A model generated the notes under the pieces. It did no database searches, was not told where the DNA came from, and was given only the letters and a program-made list of their open reading frames with translations. The position numbers and the translations under genes are program-made. From Bacillota bacterium (GTDB lineage: Bacteria; Bacillota; Sulfobacillia; JAIMAT01), in the NCBI GenBank assembly GCA_023511835.1, contig JAIMAT010000002.1, positions 10,491 through 74,490 of the forward strand: 64,000 nt of DNA. Direction: 5' to 3'. Below, in pieces: positions 9,803-19,890 of the stretch. The stretch's first letter is position 1. Each line of letters begins with the position of its first letter.

Positions 9803-11513
9803 GGTGACCAAGATCCCCAAAGAGTTTCGTGCCGGACCCCTGACTCCTCTCGCCGTCAACCCGCTCTTCGCGCGCTGGCTGGCGGACCGCTCCGCCCTGG
9901 CGGGGAGGCTGACGCTGGCGGTCGACCCGGCCGACCCCGCCCTGGAACGGGCGGCCGGCGAGACGGAGCGGCTCGACGCCGGCGGCCGCCGCGGCCTGGC
10001 GGAGGCGCTCGTGGCGACCGCGGAGGAGCTGGGCGCGCCCCGGGAGAGCTTGGCCAACGCCGCCCGCCTCGCCGAGCCGCGGGCGCTGGCGGTGGTGACC
10101 GGACAGCAGCCGGCGCTGGCCACGGGTCCGGCCTACACCCTCTACAAGGCGCTGCAAGCGGTGCGCTGGGCGCGGGAACTCGAGCGGCGCTGGGCGAGGC
10201 CCGTCATCCCTGTCTTCTGGCTGGCCGGTGACGACCACGACTACGGCGAGGCGTCCGGCGCCTGGGTCTGGACCGCGGACCGTCGGGGCCTGCGCGTCCG
10301 CCTGGCCACCCGGCGCGGCTGGCGGAAGCCGGTCGCCTGGCTGCCGCTGGAGGCTGACGCGCGGCTGGCCGTGCGCACGCTCTCCGAGGCGCTGGCGCCG
10401 CTGGCGCACGGGGGCCGTGTGGCGGCGCTGCTGGAGGAGAGCCTGGGGGCCTCGCGGCAGATGGGCGACTGGTTCGCCCGCCAGCTGCTGGCGCTGCTGG
10501 GACGCCAGGGCCTGGTGCTGCTCGACCCCATGCGGCCCGAGCTGCGGCGGCTGGCCGCGCCGGTGGTGGAGCGGGTGCTGCGCCGGCCGGAGGAGGTGCT
10601 GGAGGCCTGTCGCAGCGGCGAGGAGGCCGTGCGCCGGCTGGGCTTCGAGCCGGCCCTGCGCTCGCCGGAGGGACAGCTGCCCCTTTTTCACCTGGACGCG
10701 TCGGGCGCCCGGCGCGTCCTCCGCTTCTCGCAGGGAAGCTTCCACGAGCGGGGCGGCGCCTGGAGCGGCGACGCCGGCCGGCTCCTGGCGGAGCTGGAGG
10801 CGGAGCCCGGCCGCTTCAGCCCGTCGGCCGCCCTCCGCCCCGTCGTCCAGGACCGGCTGCTGCCCACCGTCGCCTACGTGGCCGGACCGGGCGAGATCGC
10901 CTACATGAGCCAGCTGGCCGAGCTCTACGCCTTCTACGGCATGCGACCGCCGGTCCTCCTGCCGCGCCGGCACGTCACCTTCGCCGGGCCGGAGGAGCGG
11001 GAGTGGTTGGACGGGCTGGGCCTCGACGCGGAGCGCCTCTGGCAGGCGCACGACGCGCTGGACGCGCTGGTGGCCGAGGCGGTGCCCCGTCTCCGCCGGG
11101 CCGTCTCCGACTGGGGGGCGAGGCGCGCCGCGCTGGAGCGGGAGCTCCGGGCCAGCCAGCGCTTCCTGGAGCAGCTGGCCGGGCAGGGCGTCGTGCGGCA
11201 GGAGGCGGGCGCGGAGGCGGGCTGGGTGGGGGAGTGGCTGGAGCGGCTGGACAGCCGCTTCCGGGAGCGGCTCCGCCAGCGCTTCCGTTCCGATTTCGGC
11301 GAGGCGCGCCGCGTCGCCGCCGCGCTCTTCCCCCAGGGGTTGCCGCAGGACCGCCACTACACCGTCTGGTCGTGGCTGGCCCGGCAGGGCCCGGAGTGGC
11401 TGGAGGAGCTGTTGGAGGCTCCGCTGGAGCCGCTCCACGTGCTCGTGCTGGAGACACCCTCCGCGGCGACCTGCGGGCAGGGGCGGCTCGCCGCAGAGAG
11501 GGGGGAGGAGTAG
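9803..11513 (+). CDS. bshC: bacillithiol biosynthesis cysteine-adding enzyme BshC (YllA family)
   Basis: N-terminal signature VVTGQQPALATGPAYTLYKALQAVRWARELE matches BshC VVGGQQAGLLTGPLYTIHK; length about 570 aa; GTG start about 9803 behind GAAGGA. Divergent from mrfA across a 53-bp spacer. Confidence 0.7.
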
Positions 11514-11516
11514 GCG

Positions 11517-12893
11517 ATGGGTTCCGGGCGGGCGTCGGTCTACATCGAGACGCTGGGCTGCGCGAAGAACACGGTGGACAGCGAGTACATGGCCGGAATC
11601 CTGGAGCGCGCCGGCTTCCGGCTGACGCGGGAGCCGGCGCGGGCCGACGTGGCCGTGCTGGAGACCTGCGGCTTCATCGGGCCGGCGCGGGAGGAGTCGC
11701 TGGCGGCGCTGGAGGAGCTCCTGGAGTGGAAGCGGCGCGGGCGGGCGCGGGCGGTGGTGGTGGCGGGCTGCCTCGTGCAGCGCGATCCCGCCGGCCTGCG
11801 GCAGCTCTACCCGGACGTCGACGCGCTCTTGGGCAGCGGCGACTTCCCGCGCGTGGCCGAGGTGCTGGAGCGGCTTCTGGAGCGGGAACCGCGGACCGGA
11901 GCTGGGGCGGTCGCGGCGGGTGCGCCCCCGGACGTGGTGGGCCGGCCCGACTACCGCTACGACGAGCTGCTGCCCCGGCGGCGGGACGGAGGCTTCTCCG
12001 CCTACGTCAAGATCGCCGAGGGTTGCGATCACGGCTGCGCCTTCTGCGCCATCCCGCTGATGCGGGGACGCTTCCGCTCGCGGCCTCCTGAGGTGATCGA
12101 GCAAGAGGTGCGCCGCCTGGTGGCCTCAGGCGTGCGCGAGATCAACTTGGTGGCCCAGGACAGCACGGCCTACGGCCTCGACCGGCCGGGCTGCCCGCGT
12201 CTGCCGGAGCTTCTCCGGCGACTGGACCGGGTCGAGGGGCTGGAGTGGCTCCGCCTCCACTACGCCTACCCCACGCTGGTGGACGAGCCGCTGCTGGAGG
12301 CCATGGCCGAGAGCCGCCACGTCCTCCACTACCTGGACATGCCCCTGCAGCATGCCAGCGACCGCATCCTGGAGGCCATGCGGCGCCCCGAGCGGCGCCG
12401 TCTCATCGAGGCCAAGGTGGAGCTGGTCCGGCGCCGCCTGCCTGACGTCGTCCTGCGCAGCACCTTCATCGTCGGCTTCCCCGGTGAGGGGCGCGACGAC
12501 TTCCGGGAACTGCTGGACCTGCTGCGCGGCCTGGAGCTGGATCGCGTCGGCTTCTTCGCCTACTCGCCCGAGGAAGGGACCCCCGCCGCCAGCCTCCGCC
12601 CGCAGGTGCCCGAGCGGGTGAAGGCGTCGCGCCTGCGCCGCGCGGAGGATCTCCAGGCGCGCATCAGCCGGCGGCGGCAGTCGCGCCTCGTCGGTCAGGT
12701 GCTGGAGGTCTGGGCGGAGGGGCCCGACGAGCAGGACCCCGGCTACTGGCTCGGCCGCTGGTGGGGCCAGGCGCCGGAGGTGGACGGGAATGTGGTCTTC
12801 CGCCCCGGGCGTCCCCACCGACCGGGCGACCGGGTGCGCGTCCGCATCGAGCGGGCCGAGGCAGCCGACTTGCTGGGGAGCGAGGTCGGGTGA
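11517..12893 (+). CDS. rimO: ribosomal protein S12 methylthiotransferase RimO (MiaB-family radical SAM, TRAM domain)
   Basis: UPF0004 N-domain (VYIETLGCAKNTVDSEYMAGIL), radical-SAM CxxxCxxC (CDHGCAFCAIP), C-terminal TRAM domain; the bona fide MiaB paralog is at 25256, so this one is the RimO type. Confidence 0.75.
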   Translation: MGSGRASVYIETLGCAKNTVDSEYMAGILERAGFRLTREPARADVAVLETCGFIGPAREESLAALEELLEWKRRGRARAVVVAGCLVQRDPAGLRQLYPDVDALLGSGDFPRVAEVLERLLEREPRTGAGAVAAGAPPDVVGRPDYRYDELLPRRRDGGFSAYVKIAEGCDHGCAFCAIPLMRGRFRSRPPEVIEQEVRRLVASGVREINLVAQDSTAYGLDRPGCPRLPELLRRLDRVEGLEWLRLHYAYPTLVDEPLLEAMAESRHVLHYLDMPLQHASDRILEAMRRPERRRLIEAKVELVRRRLPDVVLRSTFIVGFPGEGRDDFRELLDLLRGLELDRVGFFAYSPEEGTPAASLRPQVPERVKASRLRRAEDLQARISRRRQSRLVGQVLEVWAEGPDEQDPGYWLGRWWGQAPEVDGNVVFRPGRPHRPGDRVRVRIERAEAADLLGSEVG

Positions 12894-14197
12894 GGCCGCG
12901 GCCGGCCGGCGCGCCGGGCGAAGCGAGCCGGCGGAGGCGCCGGTTCGGCCTCGTGCTCCTCCTCCTGCTGCTTCCCCTGCCCCTGGCGACGCTCCCCGCC
13001 TCGGCCGCGGCGGTCGACCCCCGCCTCCGCACCGCCGACCTCCTTCGTCCCGCCGAGCCGCCGCCGCCCGTGGAGGCGCCGGGCTTCCTGGTGATGGACG
13101 AGCAGACCGGGCAGGTGCTGGCGGAACGCCAGGGCGACGTGCCGCGCCCGCCGGCCAGCATCACCAAGATCCTGACGGCCCTCGTGGTCCTGGAGCGGAG
13201 GCGGCCGGACGAGCGGGTGACCGTCAGCCGCGAGGCCTCGCAAGTGCAGGGCAGCCGCGTCTACCTGAGCGGGGGCTCGACCTTCACGGTGGAGCAGCTG
13301 CTCCTGGCGCTGATGCTGGCCTCGGCCAACGACGCGGCGGTGGCGCTGGCGGAGCATGTGGCCGGTAGCGAGGAAGCCTTCGCCAGCCTGATGAACCGGC
13401 GCGCTCTCCAGCTCGGCGCGCGCACCGCCCACTTCGTCAACGCCAGCGGGCTGCCCGACCCCTCGCATGTCGCCTCGCCGCTGGACATGGCGCTCATCGC
13501 CCGCGCGGCGCTTCAGAATCCGGCCTTCCGCCGCCTGGTGGCCACGCGCGAGGCGGACATCCCCTGGTACCACGGCAGCGGCCCCCGTCACCTCGTCAAC
13601 CACAACAAGCTGCTCTTCGAACACCCCGACGTGGTCGGGGTGAAGAACGGCTACACGGTAGAGGCCGGCCAGACACTGGTCCTGGCCGTGCGGCGGGGAT
13701 CCGAGGGGATCCTGGTGGTCACCATGGGGGGCGGGAGCCGCAACTGGGAGGAGAGCTATGCCTTGGCCGACTGGGCTTTCCGGAACTTCCGCCGCATCGA
13801 GGCGGTGCGGGCGGGGCAGCGCTTCCTGCTGCCGGCCGGCGCCGAGCGCCACGTCGAGGCCGAGGCCACGCGCGCCCTCCGGCTGGACGTACCCGTCGGT
13901 TCGCCCCCGCCTCGCCTCCGGCTTCGCACGTTCCGGTCCGAGCGCCCGGGCGGCGTCTCCGCGCGGGTGGAGGTCTACGTGGGCGACGTGCAGGTGGGCG
14001 ATGTGGCGCTGGCTCGGCCGGCGACGGAGCAGCAAGCGGCGGGAGCCGGCGCCGGCTGGCGGGACCGGGGCGGCTGGCTGCTGGCGGGCTTGGCGCTGCT
14101 GGCGGTCGGCTGGGAATGGCGCCTGCGCCGCCTGCGCAGGCGGCGGCTGGCGCTGCGACGGCGAAGGCGGGAGCTGCCGGCGGGAGAAGGCAGGTGA
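12890..14197 (+). CDS. D-alanyl-D-alanine carboxypeptidase (serine-type, PBP5/DacB-like) with an Arg-rich C-terminal tail
   Basis: Signal peptide, SxxK active site (ASITKILTALVV), SGN and KTG-like motifs; GTG start overlaps the rimO stop (GTGA). Confidence 0.8.
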   Translation: MRPRPAGAPGEASRRRRRFGLVLLLLLLPLPLATLPASAAAVDPRLRTADLLRPAEPPPPVEAPGFLVMDEQTGQVLAERQGDVPRPPASITKILTALVVLERRRPDERVTVSREASQVQGSRVYLSGGSTFTVEQLLLALMLASANDAAVALAEHVAGSEEAFASLMNRRALQLGARTAHFVNASGLPDPSHVASPLDMALIARAALQNPAFRRLVATREADIPWYHGSGPRHLVNHNKLLFEHPDVVGVKNGYTVEAGQTLVLAVRRGSEGILVVTMGGGSRNWEESYALADWAFRNFRRIEAVRAGQRFLLPAGAERHVEAEATRALRLDVPVGSPPPRLRLRTFRSERPGGVSARVEVYVGDVQVGDVALARPATEQQAAGAGAGWRDRGGWLLAGLALLAVGWEWRLRRLRRRRLALRRRRRELPAGEGR

Positions 14198-14299
14198 GGG
14201 GCGCTGCCCGTCGAATGGCTCTCTCCAAGGGAAGCGGGGGGCGGTGCGCATGGCGTTGCCCGCGGAGGGCGAGCTGGAGACGCCTTCGGAGACGAAGAG

Positions 14300-14338
14300 A
14301 GCGTTCTGCGCGAGCAGAACGCTCTTTCGATCTCTCAG
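14300..14338. terminator. bidirectional intrinsic terminator between the convergent dac-like (+) and csp (-) genes
   Basis: Perfect 12-bp inverted repeat AGAGCGTTCTGC-gcga-GCAGAACGCTCT followed by TTTCGATCTCTC on the + strand and a pyrimidine-rich run on the - strand. Confidence 0.5.
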
Positions 14339-14357
14339 TCCTTCGCGCGGTGCTGCG

Positions 14358-14558
14358 TCAGAGTTTTACAACGTTCTGGGCCTGGGGCCCCTTGGTGCCC
14401 TGAACGATGTCGAACTGGACGCGCTGACCTTCTTCCAGGGTCCGGAATCCTTCACTCTGGATGGCGGTGTAGTGGACGAAGACGTCGCCCTCACCGTCGT
14501 CCCGGCTGATGAACCCGTAACCCTTCTCCGCGTTGAACCACTTAACGGTACCCTGCAA
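14358..14558 (-). CDS. csp: cold-shock protein (CspA family, S1-like OB fold)
   Basis: 66 aa [34 protein letters not shown]... with RNP1/RNP2 motifs; TTG start 8 nt after GGAGGT. Confidence 0.9.
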   Translation of the reverse strand: MQGTVKWFNAEKGYGFISRDDGEGDVFVHYTAIQSEGFRTLEEGQRVQFDIVQGTKGPQAQNVVKL

Positions 14559-14611
14559 ACCCTGAGACCTCCAGGTGAAGAGATTCGCCGAACCGGGGTC
14601 AGCGTGAGGCT

Positions 14612-14639
14612 AGTATACCACAGCCGAGTGCCGGTAAAG
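14612..14639 (-). promoter_or_regulatory. putative sigma-A promoter of csp with an extended -10 (TGGTATACT) and a TTTACC -35-like element
   Basis: On the minus strand: ggcTTTACCggcactcggctgTGGTATACTagcc, about 45 nt upstream of the csp start; an AT-rich element that stands out in a 72% GC background. Confidence 0.4.
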
Positions 14640-14742
14640 CCGGAGGCGCCGCGGCGAACGCCAGCCGTGCCGCAAGCCGTCGAAGTCCGTCGCCGGGAAG
14701 CCCGCCGGGGAGGCGGGAGGGGCCGGGAAGGGGGGAAGCCAC

Positions 14743-14946
14743 GTGGGCCAGGTCGTGCCGCTCTTCCGCGACATGTACTGCCAGTCGTGCGGTAAACTGA
14801 TCCGGCGGTTCCGCGGAAACGACCCCACGCTGCGCACGCTGGAGGCCATGGAACGAGAGGGGCGTTTCCGGCGGATCTGCCTCGCCTGCGCCAGGGAGCA
14901 GGCGGGCGAGCCGGAGGAGCCGAGGCGCCGGCGCGCCGTCCACTGA
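14743..14946 (+). CDS. small zinc-ribbon protein (CxxC-N29-CxxC), uncharacterised
   Basis: 67 aa; GTG start behind GGAAGGGGGGA; Cys pairs CQSC and CLAC. Confidence 0.4.
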   Translation: MGQVVPLFRDMYCQSCGKLIRRFRGNDPTLRTLEAMEREGRFRRICLACAREQAGEPEEPRRRRAVH

Positions 14947-15038
14947 GCGCGCGGGTCGGGCGAGCGGCGGCGCGGGACCGGGCCGCCCCACCGCCGGGGC
15001 GGCCCGGCCGGGGCGAGTAGGGAGGAGGATGGGCAACC

Positions 15039-15506
15039 TTGTGGACCGTCGAGTACGCCACCCATGACGACGTGGCCAGCATCCTGAGCGTGCAGCGCTC
15101 CGCCTTCGAAGAGAACCAGCGCCGCTACCGCTTCCCCCTGCCCCAGCTGCGCGAGACGGAGGAGGACGTGGCGCGCGACCTGCGCGAGGCGGTGGTCCTG
15201 GTGGCGCGGCAGGGCGAGGAGGTCATCGGCGCCGTGCGCGGGCGCATCGACGGGGAGGCGTGCGAGGTCTACGACCTGGCGGTCGACCCGGCCTACGCCC
15301 ACCTGGCGGTGGGGCGCTCGCTGATGAGCCGCATCGAGGCGGAGGCACTGGGGCGGGGGGCGACGCGCGTCCGGCTGCGCACGGGCCTGCGCGACGCGCC
15401 CGCCATCGACTTCTACCTGAAGCTGGGCTATCGGCCCACCTCCGTGGTGCGCGACGACCTGACCGAATACGACCAGGTAGAGTTCGTCAAGGAGCTGGCC
15501 GAGTAG
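15039..15506 (+). CDS. GNAT-family N-acetyltransferase
   Basis: 155 aa; acetyl-CoA binding motif region (VARQGEEVIGAVRGRIDGEACEVYDLAVDPAYAHLAVGRSLM). Confidence 0.75.
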   Translation: MWTVEYATHDDVASILSVQRSAFEENQRRYRFPLPQLRETEEDVARDLREAVVLVARQGEEVIGAVRGRIDGEACEVYDLAVDPAYAHLAVGRSLMSRIEAEALGRGATRVRLRTGLRDAPAIDFYLKLGYRPTSVVRDDLTEYDQVEFVKELAE

Positions 15507-15611
15507 CGCACGGCGCGAGCCGGCGCCCGCTGGCAGGCTTGTCCGTTTCGATCGCCGTCCGCCTTTCCCTAAGATGGAGGAGCGAGAGTCGAAACGACGG
15601 GGAGGCGGACG

Positions 15612-16154
15612 GTGTCGACGCGAGGGCGGCGGGCGGGGCTGGCGCTCCTCGGCCTGGCGGGAGGCTTGCTGCTGCTGTTTGGCGGCCAGGCGGTCTACCG
15701 CTGGGCGACCTTCAGTCGGCCGATCCAGTCGGCGCTGGCGGGGCGGCCGGAGGTGCTCGCCTACCGCGTCGACCTCCAGGCGGATCCCCCGGTCGTCCGC
15801 GTCCGGCTCGCACCGGTGGAGCAGCTCGAGGAGACGGTCCACGCCCTGGACGACGCTCTGGCGGCCGCCCTGGGCGGCGGGTGCTTCCGGCTGGAGGTGG
15901 AGGACCGGCGCGACGCCGAACTGGTGCGGGACTACTACCGGCTCAACCTGGTCCTGGCCGAGGGGCTGGCCACGGGTCGCTTCACGGCCATGGAGGAACA
16001 GGCGCAGCGCCTGGCCGGCCAGATGGGCCTGGAAAGGCTGACGCTGACGGTGGATGCGCGACACCTCTACGTCACCCTGGTCAAGGGTGACCACTACCTC
16101 TACCAGCTGGTGCCGCGGAGCGCCCAGTGCCCGGGCGGGGTGGGGAGCGGGTGA
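15612..16154 (+). CDS. hypothetical membrane-anchored protein (single N-terminal TM, about 150-aa soluble domain)
   Basis: GTG start behind GGGGAGG; N-terminal hydrophobic helix; its 3' end overlaps the start of the downstream FtsH paralog; no family recognised. Confidence 0.45.
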   Translation: MSTRGRRAGLALLGLAGGLLLLFGGQAVYRWATFSRPIQSALAGRPEVLAYRVDLQADPPVVRVRLAPVEQLEETVHALDDALAAALGGGCFRLEVEDRRDAELVRDYYRLNLVLAEGLATGRFTAMEEQAQRLAGQMGLERLTLTVDARHLYVTLVKGDHYLYQLVPRSAQCPGGVGSG

Positions 16155-17695
16155 GGGAGCTGGCCGTGGGGACGGCCGTGGCCCTGCTCCTCTTCCTGCT
16201 GGCGCAGGGTGTCAACGTGCTGCCCTTCCTCGTCCTCGGGGGTCTGCTCTTCGCCCTCTACCGCTGGGTGGGCCTGCCCGGCCTGGCGGTGAGGCGCTTC
16301 GTGCCGCTGGCGCCGGCGGAGCGGAACGAGGGCGTCACCTTCGACGACATCGGCGGCCAGGGCTCTGCCAAGCAGGAGCTCCTGGAGGCGCTCACCTTCG
16401 TCACGGAGGCCGAGCGCGTCCGCGCCCTGGGCATCCGGCCGCTGCGCGGCATCCTGCTGGTGGGCCCGCCGGGGACGGGCAAGACGCTTCTGGCCAAGGC
16501 TGCCGCCACCGCCACCCGCTCCGTCTTCATCCCCGCCTCGGGCGCCGAGTTCGTCGAGATGTACGCGGGCGTGGGCGCCCAGCGCGTGCGCGAGCTCTTC
16601 CGGCGCGCGCGGGAGACGGCCCGGCGCGGCGGGCGCTCCAGCGCCGTCGTCTTCATCGACGAGCTCGAGGTGTTGGGCGGAAAGCGGGGCCGTCACGAGA
16701 GCCACCTGGAGTACGACCAGACGCTCAACCAGCTGCTGGTGGAGATGGACGGCATCCGCGGCGACGAAGACGTCTACCTGCTGGTCATCGGCGCCACCAA
16801 CCGGCCGGACCTGCTGGACGAGGCGCTGACGCGCCCGGGGCGATTCGACCGGGTGGTGCGCGTGGAGCTCCCCGACCGCGAGGGACGCCGCCAGATCCTG
16901 GAGCTCCACACGCGCAACAAGCGGCTGGCCGGGGACGTCGACCTGGACGAGGTGGCGCGGGAGACCTTCGGCTTCTCCGGCGCGCACCTGGAGAGCCTGG
17001 CCAACGAGGCCGCTATCCTGGCGCTGCGCGAGGGGGAGGAGGCGATCCACCAGCGCCACCTGCTGGAGGCCGTCGAGAAGGTGATCATGGGCGAGAAGCT
17101 GGACCGTCGGCCGACCGAGGCGGAGCGCTACCGGATCGCCGTCCACGAATCGGGCCATGCGCTCGTGGGCGAGTGGCTGGAACCCGGCTCGGTGGCCAGC
17201 ATCACCATCGCCTCGCGGGGGGAGGCGCTGGGCTATGTCCGCCAGGCGCCCCAGCAAGATCCCTACCTTTACACGCAGGAGTACCTGGAGAACCAGATCT
17301 GCCGGGCGCTGGGGGGCTCGGTGGCGGAGCGGCTGGTCCTGGGCGGCGCCAGCACCGGCGCAGCCAGCGATTTCGACCAGGCGCTCTCGCTGGCCGAGCG
17401 CATGATCGAGGCTGGCATGACGCGCCTGGGCGTGGTCAGCCGCGAGACGCTGCCGCCGGCGCTCCGCCACCGCGTCCTGAGCGAGCTGATGGCGGAGATG
17501 GAGCGGCGGACGCAGGCCATCGTGGAGGAGAACCGCGAGCGCCTGGAGGGACTGGCCCGCGAGCTCCTGGCCCGGGAGCGGCTGGGCGGCGCAGAGGTGC
17601 GGCAGCTGCTGGGCCTTCCCTCCCCCGGCGAAGCCGGCGCCCGGGAGGGGAGCGAGGCGGGGGGCGCGGCGGACGCCGCGGGAGGGGCGGTGTGA
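16151..17695 (+). CDS. FtsH-paralog AAA+ zinc metalloprotease with a minimal N-terminus (two short TM segments, no periplasmic domain)
   Basis: Walker A GPPGTGKT, Walker B VVFIDELE, SRH, M41 HExxH (VHESGHALV), FtsH C-terminal helical domain; about 515 aa versus about 630 for canonical FtsH. Confidence 0.8.
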   Translation: MRELAVGTAVALLLFLLAQGVNVLPFLVLGGLLFALYRWVGLPGLAVRRFVPLAPAERNEGVTFDDIGGQGSAKQELLEALTFVTEAERVRALGIRPLRGILLVGPPGTGKTLLAKAAATATRSVFIPASGAEFVEMYAGVGAQRVRELFRRARETARRGGRSSAVVFIDELEVLGGKRGRHESHLEYDQTLNQLLVEMDGIRGDEDVYLLVIGATNRPDLLDEALTRPGRFDRVVRVELPDREGRRQILELHTRNKRLAGDVDLDEVARETFGFSGAHLESLANEAAILALREGEEAIHQRHLLEAVEKVIMGEKLDRRPTEAERYRIAVHESGHALVGEWLEPGSVASITIASRGEALGYVRQAPQQDPYLYTQEYLENQICRALGGSVAERLVLGGASTGAASDFDQALSLAERMIEAGMTRLGVVSRETLPPALRHRVLSELMAEMERRTQAIVEENRERLEGLARELLARERLGGAEVRQLLGLPSPGEAGAREGSEAGGAADAAGGAV

Positions 17696-18195
17696 AGGTG
17701 GGCGGCGAGCGCGCCCTTGAGCTGGCACGACGGTTGGGCGAGCGGCTGCGGCAGCGGGGCGAGACGCTGGCCGTGGCCGAATCGTGCACGGGAGGGCTGC
17801 TGGCCGACCGCATCACCGACGTGCCCGGCGCTTCCGACTACTTCCTGCTCGGTGTGGTCGCCTACGCCAACCGCGCCAAGGAAGCGCTGCTCGGCGTGCC
17901 CGCCGCGGTGCTGGAGCGGCACGGCGCGGTGAGCGGGGAGACGGCGCGCGCCATGGCCGAGGGGGTGCGCCGGCGCGCGGGCTCCGACTGGGGGCTGGCG
18001 ACGACCGGCATCGCCGGCCCCGGCGGGGCCCGGCCGGGCAAGCCGGTGGGCCTGGTCTGGGTGGCGACGGCCGGGAGCGGGGAGGTCTGGGCGGAGGAGC
18101 TTCACCTGGCCGGCGATCGCCGCCAGGTGAAGGAGGGGGCGGTGGAGGCGCTGCTGGAGGCCTTCCTGCGCACGCTGGAGGGCGGGTGGGGATGA
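17692..18195 (+). CDS. cinA: CinA C-terminal domain protein (PncC-like nicotinamide-nucleotide amidase), stand-alone
   Basis: 167 aa; LAVAESCTGGLLADRIT, GVVAYANRAKEALLGV, TTGIAGPGG motifs; GTG start overlaps the FtsH-paralog stop (GTGA). Confidence 0.8.
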   Translation: MKVGGERALELARRLGERLRQRGETLAVAESCTGGLLADRITDVPGASDYFLLGVVAYANRAKEALLGVPAAVLERHGAVSGETARAMAEGVRRRAGSDWGLATTGIAGPGGARPGKPVGLVWVATAGSGEVWAEELHLAGDRRQVKEGAVEALLEAFLRTLEGGWG

Positions 18196-18752
18196 GCGAG
18201 ACGTGGCGCCTCTTCGTCGCCATCCCCCTCGAGGGGTTGGCGGCGGAGCCGCTCCGGGCGACGCGGAGCGAGTGGGAGCGGCGGCTGCCCGGCCTGCGCT
18301 GGGTGGGCGCGGAGCAGCTGCACCTGACGCTCCGCTTCCTGGGCGAGAGCCCGCCCGACCGGGTCGGCCCGCTCCTGGAGCGGCTGGAGCGGGTGGAGCG
18401 CCCCGCGACCGGGGCGCCGCTGCGGCTGGCGGGCGGGGGCGCCTTCCCCCAGCCGGCCCGGGCGCGCGTCCTCTGGTGGGGGCTGGCGGCGGAGTGGCTG
18501 GAGCCGCTGGCGCGGCAGGTGGAGGAGGCGGTGCGCGCCGCGGGCTGGCCGGCCGAGGAGCGTCGCTTCGTCGGCCACCTGACCGTCGCGCGGGTGCGGG
18601 GGGGTGGCAGCCTGGACGCACGGCCGCTTCTGACGGGCTGGCAGGATCGCCTCTGGGCGACGGGGGCCGTCTCCGAGTTCGTCCTCTACCGGAGCCAGCT
18701 CCGCCCCCAGGGTCCGCTCTATACCCCTCTGGCGCGCTTTGCCTTCCGCTGA
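18192..18752 (+). CDS. thpR: RNA 2',3'-cyclic phosphodiesterase ThpR (2H family, LigT-like)
   Basis: Two H-x-T-x motifs ([14 protein letters not shown]); ATG overlaps the cinA stop (ATGA). Confidence 0.8.
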   Translation: MSETWRLFVAIPLEGLAAEPLRATRSEWERRLPGLRWVGAEQLHLTLRFLGESPPDRVGPLLERLERVERPATGAPLRLAGGGAFPQPARARVLWWGLAAEWLEPLARQVEEAVRAAGWPAEERRFVGHLTVARVRGGGSLDARPLLTGWQDRLWATGAVSEFVLYRSQLRPQGPLYTPLARFAFR

Positions 18753-18787
18753 CCGGCGGCGCCCGCGGACGGGCGCCGCCCGCCCTC

Positions 18788-18816
18788 TTGTCACGCCCGT
18801 CCGCCGGGTGGATACT
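18788..18816 (+). promoter_or_regulatory. putative recA promoter (TTGTCA-17 nt-GATACT)
   Basis: Hexamers with 17-nt spacing, about 22 nt upstream of the GGGAAGGAAGG RBS of recA. Confidence 0.35.
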
Positions 18817-18837
18817 GGGAAGGAAGGCATCTGGAAA

Positions 18838-19890
18838 ATGATGGGGGAACGGACCTTGGACCGACAGAAGGCGCTGGACACGGCGCTCCTCCAGATCGAA
18901 CGGCAGTTCGGAAAGGGCGCCATCATGCGCCTGGGTGAGGCGGCGAGCCAGATGCAGGTGGAGACCATCTCCACCGGCTCGCTGGCCCTCGACTTGGCCC
19001 TGGGCGTGGGCGGGCTCCCGCGGGGGCGGGTGGTGGAGATCTTCGGGCCCGAGTCCTCGGGCAAGACCACCGTGGCCCTCCACGTCATCGCCGAGGCCCA
19101 GCGAGCCGGCGGCGTCGCCGCCTTCATCGACGCCGAGCACGCCCTCGACCCCGCTTACGCCCGCGGCATCGGCGTCGACGTCGACAACCTGCTGATCTCG
19201 CAGCCGGATACGGGCGAGCAGGCGCTGGAGATCGCCGACGCACTGGTCCGCTCCGGGGCGGTGGACGTGGTGGTGGTCGACTCGGTGGCGGCACTGGTGC
19301 CCAAGGCCGAGATCGAGGGCGAGATGGGCGACTCCCACGTGGGCCTGCAGGCGCGCCTCATGTCCCAGGCGCTCAGGAAGCTGACCGGCTCCATCTCCCG
19401 CTCGCGCACCTGCGTCGTCTTCATCAACCAGCTGCGCGAGAAGGTGGGCGTCATGTTCGGCAACCCCGAGGTGACGCCGGGCGGGCGCGCGCTCAAGTTC
19501 TACGCCTCCGTCCGCATCGACGTGCGGCGCGTGGAGTCGCTCAAGCAGGGGGCCGAAAACGTGGGTATCCGCGTCCGCGCCAAGGTGGTGAAGAACAAGG
19601 TGGCGCCCCCCTTCAAGCAGGCCGAGTTCGACCTCCTCTACGGGCGCGGCATTTCCAAGGAAGGCGACATCCTGGACATCGGCTCCGAGCTGGACGTGGT
19701 GACGCGCACCGGCGCCTGGTACGCCTACGGCGACATGCGGCTGGGTCAGGGCAAGGAAAACGCGCGCGACTTCCTGCGCGAGCATCCGGACGTGGCGGCC
19801 GAGATCGAGGCCAGGATCCGCCAGCGGCTCGGCACGGCGACCATCGCCGCCGCGGCGGCGGAAGGGCCCGAGCCGGGGCTGGAGGGTTGA
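18838..19890 (+). CDS. recA: recombinase RecA
   Basis: Canonical RecA sequence ([33 protein letters not shown]1/L2 loops). Confidence 0.95.
   Translation: MMGERTLDRQKALDTALLQIERQFGKGAIMRLGEAASQMQVETISTGSLALDLALGVGGLPRGRVVEIFGPESSGKTTVALHVIAEAQRAGGVAAFIDAEHALDPAYARGIGVDVDNLLISQPDTGEQALEIADALVRSGAVDVVVVDSVAALVPKAEIEGEMGDSHVGLQARLMSQALRKLTGSISRSRTCVVFINQLREKVGVMFGNPEVTPGGRALKFYASVRIDVRRVESLKQGAENVGIRVRAKVVKNKVAPPFKQAEFDLLYGRGISKEGDILDIGSELDVVTRTGAWYAYGDMRLGQGKENARDFLREHPDVAAEIEARIRQRLGTATIAAAAAEGPEPGLEG

Noticed and set aside
18753-18837. Cheo-type SOS box in front of recA
   Set aside because: No GAAC-N4-GTTC or AACAGCTGTT-like sequence within 85 nt upstream. Only a sigma-A-like TTGTCA/GATACT pair was found, so LexA control of recA cannot be shown from this window.
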